From assembly GCA_002238785.1 (NCBI GenBank), contig MPNA01000011.1, positions 10,304-74,303 of the forward strand: a stretch of DNA of 64,000 nucleotides. Direction: 5' to 3'. Position numbers and translations under genes: made by a program. This stretch comes from a bacterium OM1 bin76. GTDB taxonomy: Bacteria; Actinomycetota; Acidimicrobiia; Spongiisociales; ZC4RG35. Below, piece after piece: positions 8,672-19,082 of this stretch; within the stretch, counting starts at the first letter, position 1, and the number at the start of each line of letters is the position of its first letter. The notes beneath the pieces were generated by a model, which did no database searches, was not told where the DNA came from, and saw only the letters and a program-made list of their open reading frames with translations.

Positions 8672-11061
8672 GTACCACCAGCGTATTGGGCGGAGTCGTC
8701 AAACGGCGCGAAGACCCTGCCTTGATCAGGGGAACCGGACTGTATGTTGACGACCTGCAATTGCCGGGGATGCTGCACGCCGCCTTTGTGCGCAGCCCCT
8801 ACGCCCATGCCTCAATAGAGTCGATAGACGCCTCCGAAGCCTTGGCCATGGAGGGCGTTCGAGCGGTGTACACCGCGGCGGACGTGGAGCATCTCGGCGA
8901 CTTGGTTACCCAGGTGGCGGTTGGAAAGCTGCGGCCACTTCTGGCTGGCAACCAGGTGAACCACGTCGGCGAAGCAGTAGCCATGGTGGTGGCGGACAGC
9001 CGCTACGGCGCCCGCGATGGAGCGGATGCCGTGGATGTGGATTATGAGCCGCTCGATCCTGTGATCGACCTCAAAGAAGCCGCTTCCGATGCCGCCCTGG
9101 TTCATGAAGACATGGCCTCCAATGTCCTGCTTGCCTGGGAGGGAGGTCCATGGGGCGATGAGGAAGGCATAGCCGGCACCAAGGAGACCATCGCTGCCGC
9201 CAAGGAGCGGGAGGACACTGTCACCGTATCGATGGAAATGGTGAATCAGCGACTGTTGCCCATGCCAATGGAACCCCGTGCAGTGGTGGCGGATTGGAAT
9301 CAGGGTTATGGCCGGTTCACGGTGCATTCCTCCACTCAAATCCCACACGCCCTGGCAGGGGGAATTGCCGGAACCTTCGGGCTCTCCCTGACCGATGTTC
9401 GGTGCATAGCACCGGAAGTGGGCGGTGGCTTCGGGTGCAAGCTGAATGTCTACAACGACGAGATCCTGGTCTGTTTCGCCTCCCAGCAACTGGGCAGCCC
9501 GGTGAAGTTCACCGAGACCCGGCGGGATGCGGCCGGCTCCACCATCCATGGTCGGGGTTGGGTAGCGACCGCCACTGTTACCGGCACGCGCGACGGAAAA
9601 GTCCTGGGATATGAACTGGACGGCATCGCCGACATGGGCGCCTACAGCCAGAACTTCACGGTGGCAATACCATTCCTGGGTCTGTTCGTCGGGGCGGGCC
9701 AATACAGCTTCCCCACCTACTGGAGGATGGCGTGCGTGCACACTCACACCATGACCACCGACGCCTATCGCGGCGCCGGTCGACCGGAGGCCGCCTACTA
9801 CCTGGAGCGAGCTATTGACGCCTTCGCCCGGGAGATCGGGGTGGATCCGTCCGAGGTGCGGAGAAAGAACTACATCCCCGCCTCGGAATTCCCCGGGGCT
9901 GCCACGCATATCGGCTTCCCCATGGACACCGGTGATTACGAGAACAACCTCGACGCGCTCTTGGAGACGGTCGGCTATGAGAACCTGAAGGCCGAGCGGG
10001 ACCAGATGCGGGCCGACGGGCGATTGGTAGGACTCGGCCTGGCCACCTATGTGGAAGTGTGCGGATTCGGTCCTTCTGCTTTGGTGGACCTGGGATTCTC
10101 TTGGGCTGCCTACAAGATCCCCTCCGGATTCAACGGCTCAGGTTTGGTGCGCATCCAGGCCGACGGCACCGCCTCGGTGATCATCGGCACGGGCCCATCC
10201 GGCCAGGGCCATCAGACCACGTGGGCCCAGATCGTGTCCCAGCAACTTGGAATCCCAGTAGAGAACATCCGGGTGACTCACGGTGACACCGCCGAGTCCC
10301 CCCTGGGCATCGGTACCTTCGGGTCCCGTTCCGCGGCAGTGGACGGATCGGCCACCTATGAGGCGGCCAACAAGGTAGCGGCCAAGGCTGCCAAGCTGGC
10401 TGCTCACCTCTTGGAGGCATCGTCGGAGGACATCGTGTTTGCTGACGGCGGCGCCCATGTGGCCGGATCGCCCGACCAGACGGTCTCCTGGTCCGATATC
10501 GCCACCTTGGCCTACCAGCCTCACCGCCTGCCGGAAGGCATGGAAGGAGGCCTGGAGGCTCATGCGGTGTTCAGTCCGGGCAACGCCACCTGGCCGTTCG
10601 GATCTCATCTGGCCCTGGTGGAAGTGGATGGCGACACCGGCGACGTGAAACTGCTTCGCTATGTCGCCATGGACGACTGCGGCAACGTCATCAATCCGAT
10701 GATCGTGGACGGACAGATTCACGGAGGTCTGGCGCAAGGAATCGGGCAGGCGATGTTCGAAGACGGCGATTACGAGTCGGACGGCAACTTGTTGAAGTGG
10801 TCGTTTGTCGAGTATCCGTTACCGACTTCGGCTGATCTGCCTTCCTTCGAGTTGCATCGCACCGTCACTCCAACCGACATTAACCCGCTGGGTGTCAAGG
10901 GGATCGGCGAAGCCGGTACCATCGGCTCGGCGCAAACCGTGGTGAACGCCGTGGTTGACGCGTTGGCGCCCCTCGGGGTGACCCATGTTGATATGCCTCT
11001 GCGCCCCAAGAGGGTGTGGGAGGCCATTCAGGCGGCCCAGACGAACGGGAGTGTGAGCTGA
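8668..11061 (+). CDS. Molybdopterin-binding large subunit, form II CoxL-like (AYRGAGR type)
   Basis: GTG start overlapping the small-subunit stop (GTGA). Active-site loop AYRGAGR at 9763..9783. About 797 aa. Confidence 0.9.
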   Translation: MSTTSVLGGVVKRREDPALIRGTGLYVDDLQLPGMLHAAFVRSPYAHASIESIDASEALAMEGVRAVYTAADVEHLGDLVTQVAVGKLRPLLAGNQVNHVGEAVAMVVADSRYGARDGADAVDVDYEPLDPVIDLKEAASDAALVHEDMASNVLLAWEGGPWGDEEGIAGTKETIAAAKEREDTVTVSMEMVNQRLLPMPMEPRAVVADWNQGYGRFTVHSSTQIPHALAGGIAGTFGLSLTDVRCIAPEVGGGFGCKLNVYNDEILVCFASQQLGSPVKFTETRRDAAGSTIHGRGWVATATVTGTRDGKVLGYELDGIADMGAYSQNFTVAIPFLGLFVGAGQYSFPTYWRMACVHTHTMTTDAYRGAGRPEAAYYLERAIDAFAREIGVDPSEVRRKNYIPASEFPGAATHIGFPMDTGDYENNLDALLETVGYENLKAERDQMRADGRLVGLGLATYVEVCGFGPSALVDLGFSWAAYKIPSGFNGSGLVRIQADGTASVIIGTGPSGQGHQTTWAQIVSQQLGIPVENIRVTHGDTAESPLGIGTFGSRSAAVDGSATYEAANKVAAKAAKLAAHLLEASSEDIVFADGGAHVAGSPDQTVSWSDIATLAYQPHRLPEGMEGGLEAHAVFSPGNATWPFGSHLALVEVDGDTGDVKLLRYVAMDDCGNVINPMIVDGQIHGGLAQGIGQAMFEDGDYESDGNLLKWSFVEYPLPTSADLPSFELHRTVTPTDINPLGVKGIGEAGTIGSAQTVVNAVVDALAPLGVTHVDMPLRPKRVWEAIQAAQTNGSVS

Positions 11062-11921
11062 TGTATCCCAGGTCATTTGAGTATGTATCTCCGGGGTCGC
11101 TGGACGAGGCAACCTCGATCCTGGCTTCCACGGACGGCGCCAAAGTGCTGGCCGGAGGCATGAGCCTGCTGCCCATCATGAAGTTGCGCCTCTTTTCGCC
11201 CGACGTCTTGGTGGACATTGGACGGATCCCCGGTCTTTCTTCGATCCAGGATCAGGGAGATCACGTCGGTGTGGGGGCATTGGTTCGCCATGCCGACACC
11301 GCCTCCGATCCTCTGATTGCCGAGCACGCCGCGGCCCTTGCGACTGCGGCGTCCTGGACGGGAGACGTTCAGGTGCGCAACCAAGGCACCACCTGCGGTT
11401 CGATTGCCCATGCCGACATCGCCGCTGATCAACCGGCGGCTGCATTGGCGCTGGGCGCCACAATGGTGGCGGCCTCAGCCAACGGCACACGGGAGATCGC
11501 GGCTTCCGACTTCTTCGTGGACACCCTCACCACTGCCTTGGAACCAGGCGAGATCCTCACTGAGATCCGCCTGCCCAAGCAGGGTGGAGGCTCCGCTTAC
11601 GAGAAGCTGGGTCGGCGCGGCGGTCACACCGACTACGCCGTGGCCGGCGCCTCGGCCTGGGTGGATCTCGCTGACGGCGCGGTCTGCTGTGGACGAGTGG
11701 CGCTCACCGGGGTGGGTCCCATGCCAACCCTGGCGGAAGGAGTCATGGAAAGCCTGATCGGGACCGATGGTTCTGACGCAGCGGTGGCGGCCGCATCCGA
11801 CCGGGCCTTGGAAGGCGTGACGGTTCTTGAGGACCTGTTCGGGACTGTCGAGTACAAGTCCCATCTGGCCAAAGTCATGACCCGCAGGGCTCTGCAACAG
11901 GCTATCGCCGCAGCTATGTAA
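11061..11921 (+). CDS. FAD-binding medium subunit (CoxM-like)
   Basis: Start at [17 protein letters not shown], overlapping the large-subunit stop by 1 nt. LAGGMSLLPIMKLR FAD-binding motif. Confidence 0.9.
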   Translation: MYPRSFEYVSPGSLDEATSILASTDGAKVLAGGMSLLPIMKLRLFSPDVLVDIGRIPGLSSIQDQGDHVGVGALVRHADTASDPLIAEHAAALATAASWTGDVQVRNQGTTCGSIAHADIAADQPAAALALGATMVAASANGTREIAASDFFVDTLTTALEPGEILTEIRLPKQGGGSAYEKLGRRGGHTDYAVAGASAWVDLADGAVCCGRVALTGVGPMPTLAEGVMESLIGTDGSDAAVAAASDRALEGVTVLEDLFGTVEYKSHLAKVMTRRALQQAIAAAM

Positions 11922-11962
11922 ACAATTGAAGATCACTCTGCCGGAAGCGGGCGGAGAATTAT

Positions 11963-11999
11963 GGAAAGGGTCGGGACCTTGCGGGTCCCGACCCTTTCC
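11963..11999. terminator. Bidirectional stem-loop terminator between convergent genes
   Basis: Perfect 16-bp stem GGAAAGGGTCGGGACC / GGTCCCGACCCTTTCC with a 5-nt loop. Confidence 0.7.
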
Positions 12000-12039
12000 T
12001 TGTGCCTAGTCCGTAAGCGGCCCTCGAGCCTGGTTGGAG

Positions 12040-12966
12040 TTACGCCGGCGTCTTGTCACCGCTTTCTTTGAGCATTTCTCCGATGGCAGCCACGCTGCCG
12101 AGCACACCACTGGTGTCGAGGGGGAGGAACACTTTGGTGGCCTGGCCATCGGCGATTCCCTGCAAAGCCTCCAGATATCGTATGGCGATGAGGTCGGGAG
12201 TGGGGTCTCCCTCGTGGATCGCGGCAAACACCTTTGTGATCGCCTGTGCCTCACCCTCGGCGACGGTCAGCAGCTTGTAGCGGTCGGCTTCGGCCACCGT
12301 CTTGATCGCCCTGGCTTCGCCTTCGGCTTCCAGTATGGCGCTTTCCCTCACTCCTTCCGCCTTGAGGATTCGGGAGCGCTTGTCTCCCTCCGCCTCGGTC
12401 ACCACCGCTCTTCTCTCTCGCTCAGCCTTCATCTGGCGGTGCATGGACTGGGTCACATCGGCGGGAGGCTCGATCCGTTGAATCTCGACACGCACCACCC
12501 GGGTTCCCCACTTGTCGGTGGCGTCATCAAGGATCTGGCGAAGCTTGGTGTTGATCACCTCGCGGGAGGTGAGAGCGGAGTCGAGGTCCAGGTCGCCGAC
12601 CACGTTCCTCAGGTTGGTTTGGGCCAGTTTGGTTACCGCCACGATGAACCGGCCCACGTTGTACTTCAGCTTGACAGGATCGGTGGCCTCGTAGTAGATC
12701 ACCGCGTCGACGGTCACCACCACGTTGTCCTTGGTGATCACCTCCTGCGGGGGGACATCCACCACCTGCTCGCGCATGTCCACTTTGATCATCCGCTTCA
12801 CGAACGGCATAACCCACCGCAGTCCGGAGTCCACTGTCCTCTGATAGCGACCCAGCAATTCGATCAGTCCCTTTTCGTAGGGCCTGACCACTTTCAGTCC
12901 GGCGGCGGCGTACAAGATCAACGCCAAGGCGACCGCTCCGAATAGTCCTACAACAGCTAAATCCAT
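12040..12966 (-). CDS. SPFH/band-7 (stomatin-like) membrane protein
   Basis: N-terminal TM, then [31 protein letters not shown]...[16 protein letters not shown]. Coiled-coil C-terminus. Confidence 0.9.
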   Translation of the reverse strand: MDLAVVGLFGAVALALILYAAAGLKVVRPYEKGLIELLGRYQRTVDSGLRWVMPFVKRMIKVDMREQVVDVPPQEVITKDNVVVTVDAVIYYEATDPVKLKYNVGRFIVAVTKLAQTNLRNVVGDLDLDSALTSREVINTKLRQILDDATDKWGTRVVRVEIQRIEPPADVTQSMHRQMKAERERRAVVTEAEGDKRSRILKAEGVRESAILEAEGEARAIKTVAEADRYKLLTVAEGEAQAITKVFAAIHEGDPTPDLIAIRYLEALQGIADGQATKVFLPLDTSGVLGSVAAIGEMLKESGDKTPA

Positions 12967-13031
12967 GAATTCACTTCCTTCCTAGCTCCAACCGCGTTCC
13001 GGTTTATGGACCCGCGAACACGATCAGGTTG

Positions 13032-13475
13032 TCAAGGGCGGGGAACCACTATGAGTCTGGTTCCTTCCACCCTGATCACTTCTATTGTGTCTCCGCTGGG
13101 TATGTTTCCCTGACCGGGTTCGACGGTGGCTCGCCACTCTTCACCGAGGATTCGCACCAGTCCTTCTCCTTGGATCTGGTCGATCTCCTCCAGGACCAGC
13201 CCGGTGGCGCCCTGCCAGCGATTGGCGCCCACTTGCGGCTGACCGTCTGAATCTTGTCTCCTGATGTACCTGTGCAGAATGGCCCATGACAGGAGGGAAA
13301 CACCGAAGAACACCAGCCATTGCGCTAGGACGGACAGGCCGATCCACGACATGATGGCGGCCGCCCCTGCGCCTATAACAAAGGGAAGCAGAAAGAACCC
13401 GGCCGTAAGAACTTCTCCGATACCCATCACGACGCCCAGTCCCAACCAGAGCCATCTCCACAGTTCGCTGTCCAT
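13032..13475 (-). CDS. NfeD-family membrane protein (stomatin operon partner)
   Basis: Three TM segments plus a C-terminal OB-like domain (GLVRILGEEWRATVE...IEVIRVEGTRLIV). Directly upstream of the SPFH gene. Confidence 0.85.
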   Translation of the reverse strand: MDSELWRWLWLGLGVVMGIGEVLTAGFFLLPFVIGAGAAAIMSWIGLSVLAQWLVFFGVSLLSWAILHRYIRRQDSDGQPQVGANRWQGATGLVLEEIDQIQGEGLVRILGEEWRATVEPGQGNIPSGDTIEVIRVEGTRLIVVPRP

Positions 13476-13505
13476 GTTCTACTCCTTGGTTGGTTGCGGG
13501 CGGCG

Positions 13506-13520
13506 CATCTAAGTTAGATG
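13506..13520. promoter_or_regulatory. Perfect 15-nt palindrome in the nfeD/ppdK divergent spacer
   Basis: CATCTAA-G-TTAGATG. Candidate operator only. Confidence 0.25.
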
Positions 13521-13652
13521 AACGGCTTCAGGTTGCCGTGATGCCTGCCAGTTCTGAATTCTAGACCTCATCCGTTCTTATAGGATTCTTGAAAACACCG
13601 GCGAATAACAAGCCGCAATGCCCAAGTGCCCTCTAAGGTAAAACCAATCGCG

Positions 13653-16283
13653 ATGAGCAAGAGATACGTTTTAGCTTTCGACGAGGCCGATCCTGCTGAC
13701 AGCAGTCTCCTGGGAGGAAAGGGCGCCGGATTGGCTCGGATGATAGAGATGGGCCTGGCGGTGCCCCCTGGCTTTACGATCACTACCGCCGCTTGCCGCT
13801 ACTTCTTGGAACACGGACGTGTCCCCCCGAAGCTATGGACCCAGGTGGAGGCCGCGCTGTCCCGGGTCGAAGAGCAGACCGGCCGCCAGTTGGGGGCGGA
13901 AGGCGGTCCCCCTCTCCTCTTATCGGCGCGCTCTGGGGCAAAGATCTCGATGCCGGGGATGATGGACACCGTGCTCAACCTGGGCGCCAACCATGCGGTG
14001 GTTTCCGAGTTGACCCGTTGGTCTGGTGACGCCCGTTTTGCCTGGGACGCCTTTCGGCGACTGTTTCAGACCTACGGGGGAGTGGTGTTGGGAGCGGGCA
14101 GGGACGATTTCGAGGAGGTGATGACCAGTCTCCGGCAACGCAGGAACGTCACCGAGGACTCCCGGCTGCCCACCTCCGATTTGGTGGAAGCGGTCCGACG
14201 GTTCCGGATGCTCCTCGCCGCCCAGGACAGTGAGGTGCCCGTGGATCCCATGGAACAGGTACGAAGCTCAATACGGGCGGTCTTCGAATCATGGAACTCC
14301 CCGAGAGCGCACAGCTATCGACGGCTCAACGGCATACCGCATGATCTGGGCACGGCCTGCAACATCCAGATGATGGTGTTCGGAAACCTGGGGGCCGATT
14401 CCGGCACGGGGGTGTTCTTCACCCGCGACCCTGCCACCGGGGAAAAGGAGATGTTCGGGGACTACCTGACCAACGCACAGGGAGAGGATGTGGTGGCGGG
14501 GATTCGCCAGACATCTCCCATTTCGCACTTGGCGGAGACTCATCCCGAAGCCCACGAAGAACTCCACGGGGTGGGCGAGTTGCTGGAGTCGACCTACTCG
14601 GACATGTGTGACATCGAGTTCACCATCGAGAGGAGCAAGCTGTGGATACTGCAGACGAGGGTCGGAAAACGGTCCGCGGCTGCCGCAGTGAGAGCTGCGG
14701 TGGAGATGGTTGAGGAGGGTTTGATCGACCGCGAAACCGCCCTGATGAGAGTGGAGCCCACTCAATTGGAGCAGTTGCTGGTGCCCGGGATCAACGAGGA
14801 GGCATCTCCTCCACCGGCCTTCTTCGGACTGGAGGCTTCTCCCGGCGCCGCGGTTGGCCGGGCGGTATTTGATGTTCCTCGGGCAGTTGAGATGGCTTCT
14901 CAAGGGATACCGGTCATCCTGGTGCGCTGGGAGACAACTCCTGACGACATAGACGGGATGTTTGCTTCAGAGGGAATCCTCACCAGCCACGGCGGGAAGA
15001 CCAGTCATGCGGCGGTTGTGGCCCGCGCCATGGGCACACCCGCCGTCACCGGGGCTGCTGAGATCCTTATCAACTCCGAGAAGGGCTTCTTTACCACACC
15101 GGGCGGCTTGATGGTCCGGGAGGGGGACAACATTGCCATCGACGGCACCACCGGCCGGGTGTTCATCGGAGAGGTCGAGTTGGTGGCGCCCTCTCCTCCA
15201 CCAGAGTTGACGACACTCTTGGAGTGGGCCGATCAGGTGCGGCGCCTGGGCATCTGGGCAAACGCCGACACCGGCAAGGACGCCGCCCGGGCCGCCGAGT
15301 TGGGTGCTGAAGGCATCGGCTTGGCTCGCACCGAGCACATGTTCATGGGCGATCGCCTGCCCGTGGTGCGCCGGATCATTATGGACGAGGGCCGCAGGAG
15401 AGCCTTGGCGCATTTGGAGCAACTGCAGGCCGATGACTTCACAGCCCTGCTGGAGGCTATGGATGGCAAACCGGTCGTAGTGCGACTGCTGGATCCTCCT
15501 CTTCATGAGTTCCTTCCCGACCGGTGGGACCTGCGGGATCAATACGATGAACTGAAAGAACAGGGGGAGCCTACGGCGGAGGTGGAGCGGATGATCGAGG
15601 TGGTCCGAAGTTGGGAGGAGACCAATCCCATGCTTGGACTTCGCGGAGTCCGTCTCGGCCTGATCCGCCCATCGCTCTACCGCGTGCAGATCAGGGCGGC
15701 CTTACAGGCCATCCGTCGTCGTCTGGAAGCGGGAGGAAGGCCGATGCTGGAGATAATGGTCCCGTTGGTGGTCGATCCTGCCGAGATGGAGCGGGTGGCG
15801 GTAATGCTTGCCGAGGAGCAAGCCGCCTTCGGCATGGATCAGAAGGTGAAGTTGGGCAACATGGTGGAGATTCCCCGCGCTGCCCTGCTGGCGGGGGAAC
15901 TGGCCCGCATCTCCGAATTCTTCTCTTTCGGCACCAACGACCTCACTCAGACCACCTTCGGCCTCAGCCGCGACGACGCTGAGATCCGCTTTCTGAACAC
16001 CTATCTGGCCGACGGCGTGCTGTCCCACAATCCCTTCCAGTCACTGGACGAGCGCGGCGTGGGATTGCTGGTGAAATGGGCTACCGAACAGGGCAAGGCG
16101 GCCCGCCCCGATCTATCGGTGGGCCTGTGCGGGGAGCACGGTGGCGATCCCGACAGCATAGATTTCTGCCATCGAGTTGGCCTGGATTATGTGTCGATGA
16201 GCCCACCCCGCATTCCTGGCGCTCGTCTCGCCGCCGCCCAGGCGGCCATCCGCAACGGCCACGGTTCCGCTTCAGGATCCTGA
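13653..16283 (+). CDS. ppdK: Pyruvate, phosphate dikinase
   Basis: Start moved to MSKRYVLAFDEA. GGKGAGLARM ATP-grasp motif, GGKTSHAAVVARAMG phospho-His, GLCGEHGGDP C-terminal motif. Confidence 0.92.
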   Translation: MSKRYVLAFDEADPADSSLLGGKGAGLARMIEMGLAVPPGFTITTAACRYFLEHGRVPPKLWTQVEAALSRVEEQTGRQLGAEGGPPLLLSARSGAKISMPGMMDTVLNLGANHAVVSELTRWSGDARFAWDAFRRLFQTYGGVVLGAGRDDFEEVMTSLRQRRNVTEDSRLPTSDLVEAVRRFRMLLAAQDSEVPVDPMEQVRSSIRAVFESWNSPRAHSYRRLNGIPHDLGTACNIQMMVFGNLGADSGTGVFFTRDPATGEKEMFGDYLTNAQGEDVVAGIRQTSPISHLAETHPEAHEELHGVGELLESTYSDMCDIEFTIERSKLWILQTRVGKRSAAAAVRAAVEMVEEGLIDRETALMRVEPTQLEQLLVPGINEEASPPPAFFGLEASPGAAVGRAVFDVPRAVEMASQGIPVILVRWETTPDDIDGMFASEGILTSHGGKTSHAAVVARAMGTPAVTGAAEILINSEKGFFTTPGGLMVREGDNIAIDGTTGRVFIGEVELVAPSPPPELTTLLEWADQVRRLGIWANADTGKDAARAAELGAEGIGLARTEHMFMGDRLPVVRRIIMDEGRRRALAHLEQLQADDFTALLEAMDGKPVVVRLLDPPLHEFLPDRWDLRDQYDELKEQGEPTAEVERMIEVVRSWEETNPMLGLRGVRLGLIRPSLYRVQIRAALQAIRRRLEAGGRPMLEIMVPLVVDPAEMERVAVMLAEEQAAFGMDQKVKLGNMVEIPRAALLAGELARISEFFSFGTNDLTQTTFGLSRDDAEIRFLNTYLADGVLSHNPFQSLDERGVGLLVKWATEQGKAARPDLSVGLCGEHGGDPDSIDFCHRVGLDYVSMSPPRIPGARLAAAQAAIRNGHGSASGS

Positions 16284-16286
16284 GCG

Positions 16287-16715
16287 ATGGCGGAAGTCAG
16301 GCTCACTCCCGGAGGCGCGCCCCACACCGTCCTGCCCGATCCACCCTCGGAGGTGGTGGCTGCCCTCACCGCGGCAACCGACCGGGCAGCGCTGGTGGAG
16401 GTGGCGGCCGCTCATCCCGACCTCCCAGAGGTGTGGGCCGCATTGGGACACCTCTGTGAGTCAGAGGCTGGTGATCTGGCGGCTGTCGTGGAGGCCTACG
16501 CCTACTACCGGATCGGTTATCACCGGGGTCTGGACGCCTTGAGACACAACGGCTGGCGGGGTTCTGGATACGTGCGCTGGGCTCATCCCTCCAACAGGGG
16601 TTTTCTTGCCTGCTTGGACGGTTTGAGGAGGATGGCGCAAGCGATCGGCGAGGATGCCGAGTCTGATCGTTGCGCGGAGTTCCTGACGATGCTCGACCCC
16701 TCCTATCAGTCCTAG
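16287..16715 (+). CDS. DUF3151-family protein
   Basis: YAYYRIGYHRGLDALRHNGWRGSGYVRW motif, characteristic of the actinobacterial DUF3151 family. Starts 4 nt after ppdK. Confidence 0.75.
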   Translation: MAEVRLTPGGAPHTVLPDPPSEVVAALTAATDRAALVEVAAAHPDLPEVWAALGHLCESEAGDLAAVVEAYAYYRIGYHRGLDALRHNGWRGSGYVRWAHPSNRGFLACLDGLRRMAQAIGEDAESDRCAEFLTMLDPSYQS

Positions 16716-16730
16716 CCGAAAGGCTCTCGT

Positions 16731-17213
16731 TCAAGACAGGTCGCACCATCGGGGGGCGGCGATCCGGTCAAGATCGGAGAGGGCGATGGGAAAGACCGTG
16801 GTTGGCGTCCCGGCCGCCGCCCATACATGTCCGTGTCTCTTCAAGGCGGAGTCGGCAAACACCCGCAGCGGTTGGGAATGGCCGAAAGGCGGCGTTCCCC
16901 CCGCGGCGAAGCCGGTGGCCTCCCTCACCCGGTCGAGAGAAGCCCGGCGCGCCTTCAGCCCTCCGGCCGCTTGGGCCAGCCTTTGGACGTCGAGTCTCCG
17001 ATCCCCAGGAACCAGGGCCAGCACCGCCTCACCGTCGACCTCGAACACCAGCGACTTGACTATCTGGCTTGTGTGGCATCCCACTGCCCGGGCAGCCTCG
17101 ACAGCGGTCTTGGTCCCGCTGGGAAAGGTTCGGATTTCCCCTTCGATGTCCAATGCTTCGCATCTGTCCACGAAACGGCGGGTCGCAGCAGGCAGATTGG
17201 CTGGATCTGACAC
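16731..17213 (-). CDS. YbaK/EbsC-family aminoacyl-tRNA deacylase
   Basis: Only the C-terminal 160 codons of the tracked 326-aa ORF look genuine (GTG start, VSDPANLP...IVKSLVF...GGTPPFGH). The upstream extension overlaps the opposite-strand PPOX gene. Confidence 0.8.
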   Translation of the reverse strand: MSDPANLPAATRRFVDRCEALDIEGEIRTFPSGTKTAVEAARAVGCHTSQIVKSLVFEVDGEAVLALVPGDRRLDVQRLAQAAGGLKARRASLDRVREATGFAAGGTPPFGHSQPLRVFADSALKRHGHVWAAAGTPTTVFPIALSDLDRIAAPRWCDLS

Positions 17214-17291
17214 GCCCCTAAACCTTAACAAATGGGCCGGGGGTATTCTCGGAGACGTTCCAGACCGGGACCCGATTGAAGAGGAGCACCC

Positions 17292-17747
17292 ATGAGGAGA
17301 ACCATCGAACATGTCAGGGAATTCGCGGCTGCTGATAAGGGACTGGCATTTGTTTCTTTTGCCCGGGCGAATGGGACGGTGCACTCCACTCTGATCAACG
17401 CAGGGGTGATGGCCCATCCCGTCACCGATGAAGAGGTGGTGGCGTTCGTGGTACCCAGCAACACCGTCAAACTCCGTCACTGGCGACACACTCCCCAGGC
17501 CACCATCACCTTCCGGGCAGGATGGTCGTGGATCGGCGTGGAAGGCGCCGTCACCAAGGTCGGTCCCGATGATCCCATGGAGGGATTCGACGCCGCCGAC
17601 CTGCCAATACTGCTCCGGGACATCTTTACGGCCGCGGGTGGAACCCATGAAGACTGGGACGAGTACAACCGGGTGATGGCCGCCGAGCGGAGGACGGGTG
17701 TGTTCATCCATCCCGCCAAGATAAGGGGAACGAACCTGGGGTTCTAG
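17292..17747 (+). CDS. PPOX-class (pyridoxamine 5'-phosphate oxidase fold), probable F420-dependent enzyme
   Basis: 151 aa. LAFVSFARANGTVHSTLINAG...ATITFRAGWSWIGVEG pattern typical of the split-barrel family. Confidence 0.7.
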   Translation: MRRTIEHVREFAAADKGLAFVSFARANGTVHSTLINAGVMAHPVTDEEVVAFVVPSNTVKLRHWRHTPQATITFRAGWSWIGVEGAVTKVGPDDPMEGFDAADLPILLRDIFTAAGGTHEDWDEYNRVMAAERRTGVFIHPAKIRGTNLGF

Positions 17748-17777
17748 CGCACCGGCCGTCTACGACTCGGGGTTAGG

Positions 17778-18347
17778 TCAGGAGATGCTCCACGTGCCCT
17801 GGGGTCCGGTTACCGTCCAGCCGTCCGGGCCGTCGGTAACGCGGTAGGTAATCCATAGACCACAGATGCCACCGCACCACAGGTTGGCCCCGACCGTGGC
17901 TCCCTCACTGTCGAACTCGACTGGCGCCAGGGTAATGATGGCACTGTTCCGGATAACCGGCGCCAACTCGCCCTCCCGTATGTAATCCCATTGGCTGTCG
18001 ATGAATCTGACCGGCGCCAAGTCTTCTATAGCGGTGTTGATCGCAGCCAACTGATCATCACTGAACAGACCGGTTGACCTGCCCCATGGCTCCAGGGGAT
18101 CGCCGGCGTCGGGCTCAAGGTGGTTGACTACCAGGACTTCGGCGAACCGGTGATTGGGGCCGAAGGTGTTGTCGAATTCAACAAGATGGCGGGTCACCGC
18201 CGCATAGATCTCAGCCTCCGCGGAGGTGCGGTCCTCGCCCGTGGGCGGACCACATGCCCCCAGCAGGAGAAACCCGATCAAAGCGACGGCCACTACCGAG
18301 GACCCCCGAGCCCTGCCGCCGGGTCTTGTCACTGTAAACGCACCCAT
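17778..18347 (-). CDS. Predicted lipoprotein, unknown function (copy A)
   Basis: Signal peptide with lipobox LLGAC. Start chosen at MGAFTVTRPGG (uncertain). Cys-containing beta-rich C-terminus. Confidence 0.6.
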   Translation of the reverse strand: MGAFTVTRPGGRARGSSVVAVALIGFLLLGACGPPTGEDRTSAEAEIYAAVTRHLVEFDNTFGPNHRFAEVLVVNHLEPDAGDPLEPWGRSTGLFSDDQLAAINTAIEDLAPVRFIDSQWDYIREGELAPVIRNSAIITLAPVEFDSEGATVGANLWCGGICGLWITYRVTDGPDGWTVTGPQGTWSIS

Positions 18348-18479
18348 TGACCGCTCTCTGACGGGACCCGACATGATAGGCCAGTATGGCAGGGAGCGTT
18401 CCATTTGGCCCTGTAACTTCGCCGAACCTTTGGGTGCGCCTCGGTGTCACTGTCCGTCGGCACGGTATCGTGGCTCTTG

Positions 18480-19082
18480 ATGGCTCTGTTCGCGTCCCGC
18501 CGGGAGCGCCGTCTGTGGCTTTGGACGGTGGCGGTGGTGGTGGCCATCTATTCGACTCTCGGGTTGGCGGGGACATTGGCCGAGAAGTTGCCCGACGCCG
18601 GCGTGCTGGACGCGGCGCTGTTCCTTCTTGGCATGTTGCTGGTTGGGGTGACAGTGGTGATTCACGGGGTGAGTTCCCGCCCCGCCGGTGCCCAGATCGG
18701 CATCGCGCTGGGCGTCGCAACCGTCTACTTTATGGTCTTCTTCCGGATGACCTTGGCGGAGCGCAGTCACCTCATCGAATTCGGTGTGGTAGCTGTGTTG
18801 ATCTATGAGGCTTTTAGGGAGCGAATGGCTCAAGGCCGGCGAGTCCCTATGGCTCCGGTGCTCACCGTATTGCTCACGGGCTTGGTGGGGACCCTTGACG
18901 AATGCATCCAGTTGTTCCTGCCCAATCGAGTCTTCGACCCCGTGGACATAGTCTTCAACATCCTGGCGGCAGCCATGGCGGTCACCGCCAGCCTGGCGCT
19001 GGGATGGGCCAAACGCCGAGCATGGCAATCTCGGTCCAGGTCGGCAAGGACTCAGAGGGCGCGGGGTTCGGGCGATGCGTGA
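18480..19082 (+). CDS. VanZ-family membrane protein (copy A)
   Basis: LDECIQLFLPNRVFDPVDIVFNILAA VanZ signature. Start set at MALFASRRERR, where homology with copy B begins (the track starts at 18444). Confidence 0.7.
   Translation: MALFASRRERRLWLWTVAVVVAIYSTLGLAGTLAEKLPDAGVLDAALFLLGMLLVGVTVVIHGVSSRPAGAQIGIALGVATVYFMVFFRMTLAERSHLIEFGVVAVLIYEAFRERMAQGRRVPMAPVLTVLLTGLVGTLDECIQLFLPNRVFDPVDIVFNILAAAMAVTASLALGWAKRRAWQSRSRSARTQRARGSGDA

Noticed and set aside
8014-8808. 264-aa minus-strand ORF across coxS
   Set aside because: It is antisense to the 2Fe-2S subunit gene, whose Cys motifs are unambiguous.
8668-11061. Calling the large subunit a bona fide aerobic CO dehydrogenase (CoxL form I)
   Set aside because: The active-site loop is AYRGAGR, not AYxCSFR, and the gene order is S-L-M.
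12034-12945. 303-aa plus-strand ORF
   Set aside because: It lies exactly antisense to the well-supported SPFH/stomatin gene. Its composition (H/G/D/L-rich, no motifs) is typical of open antisense frames in GC-rich DNA.
17214-17711. N-terminal 166-codon extension of the YbaK-like ORF
   Set aside because: The extension has no protein-like pattern and overlaps the opposite-strand PPOX-type gene. A GTG at 17213 gives a standard ~160-aa YbaK domain.
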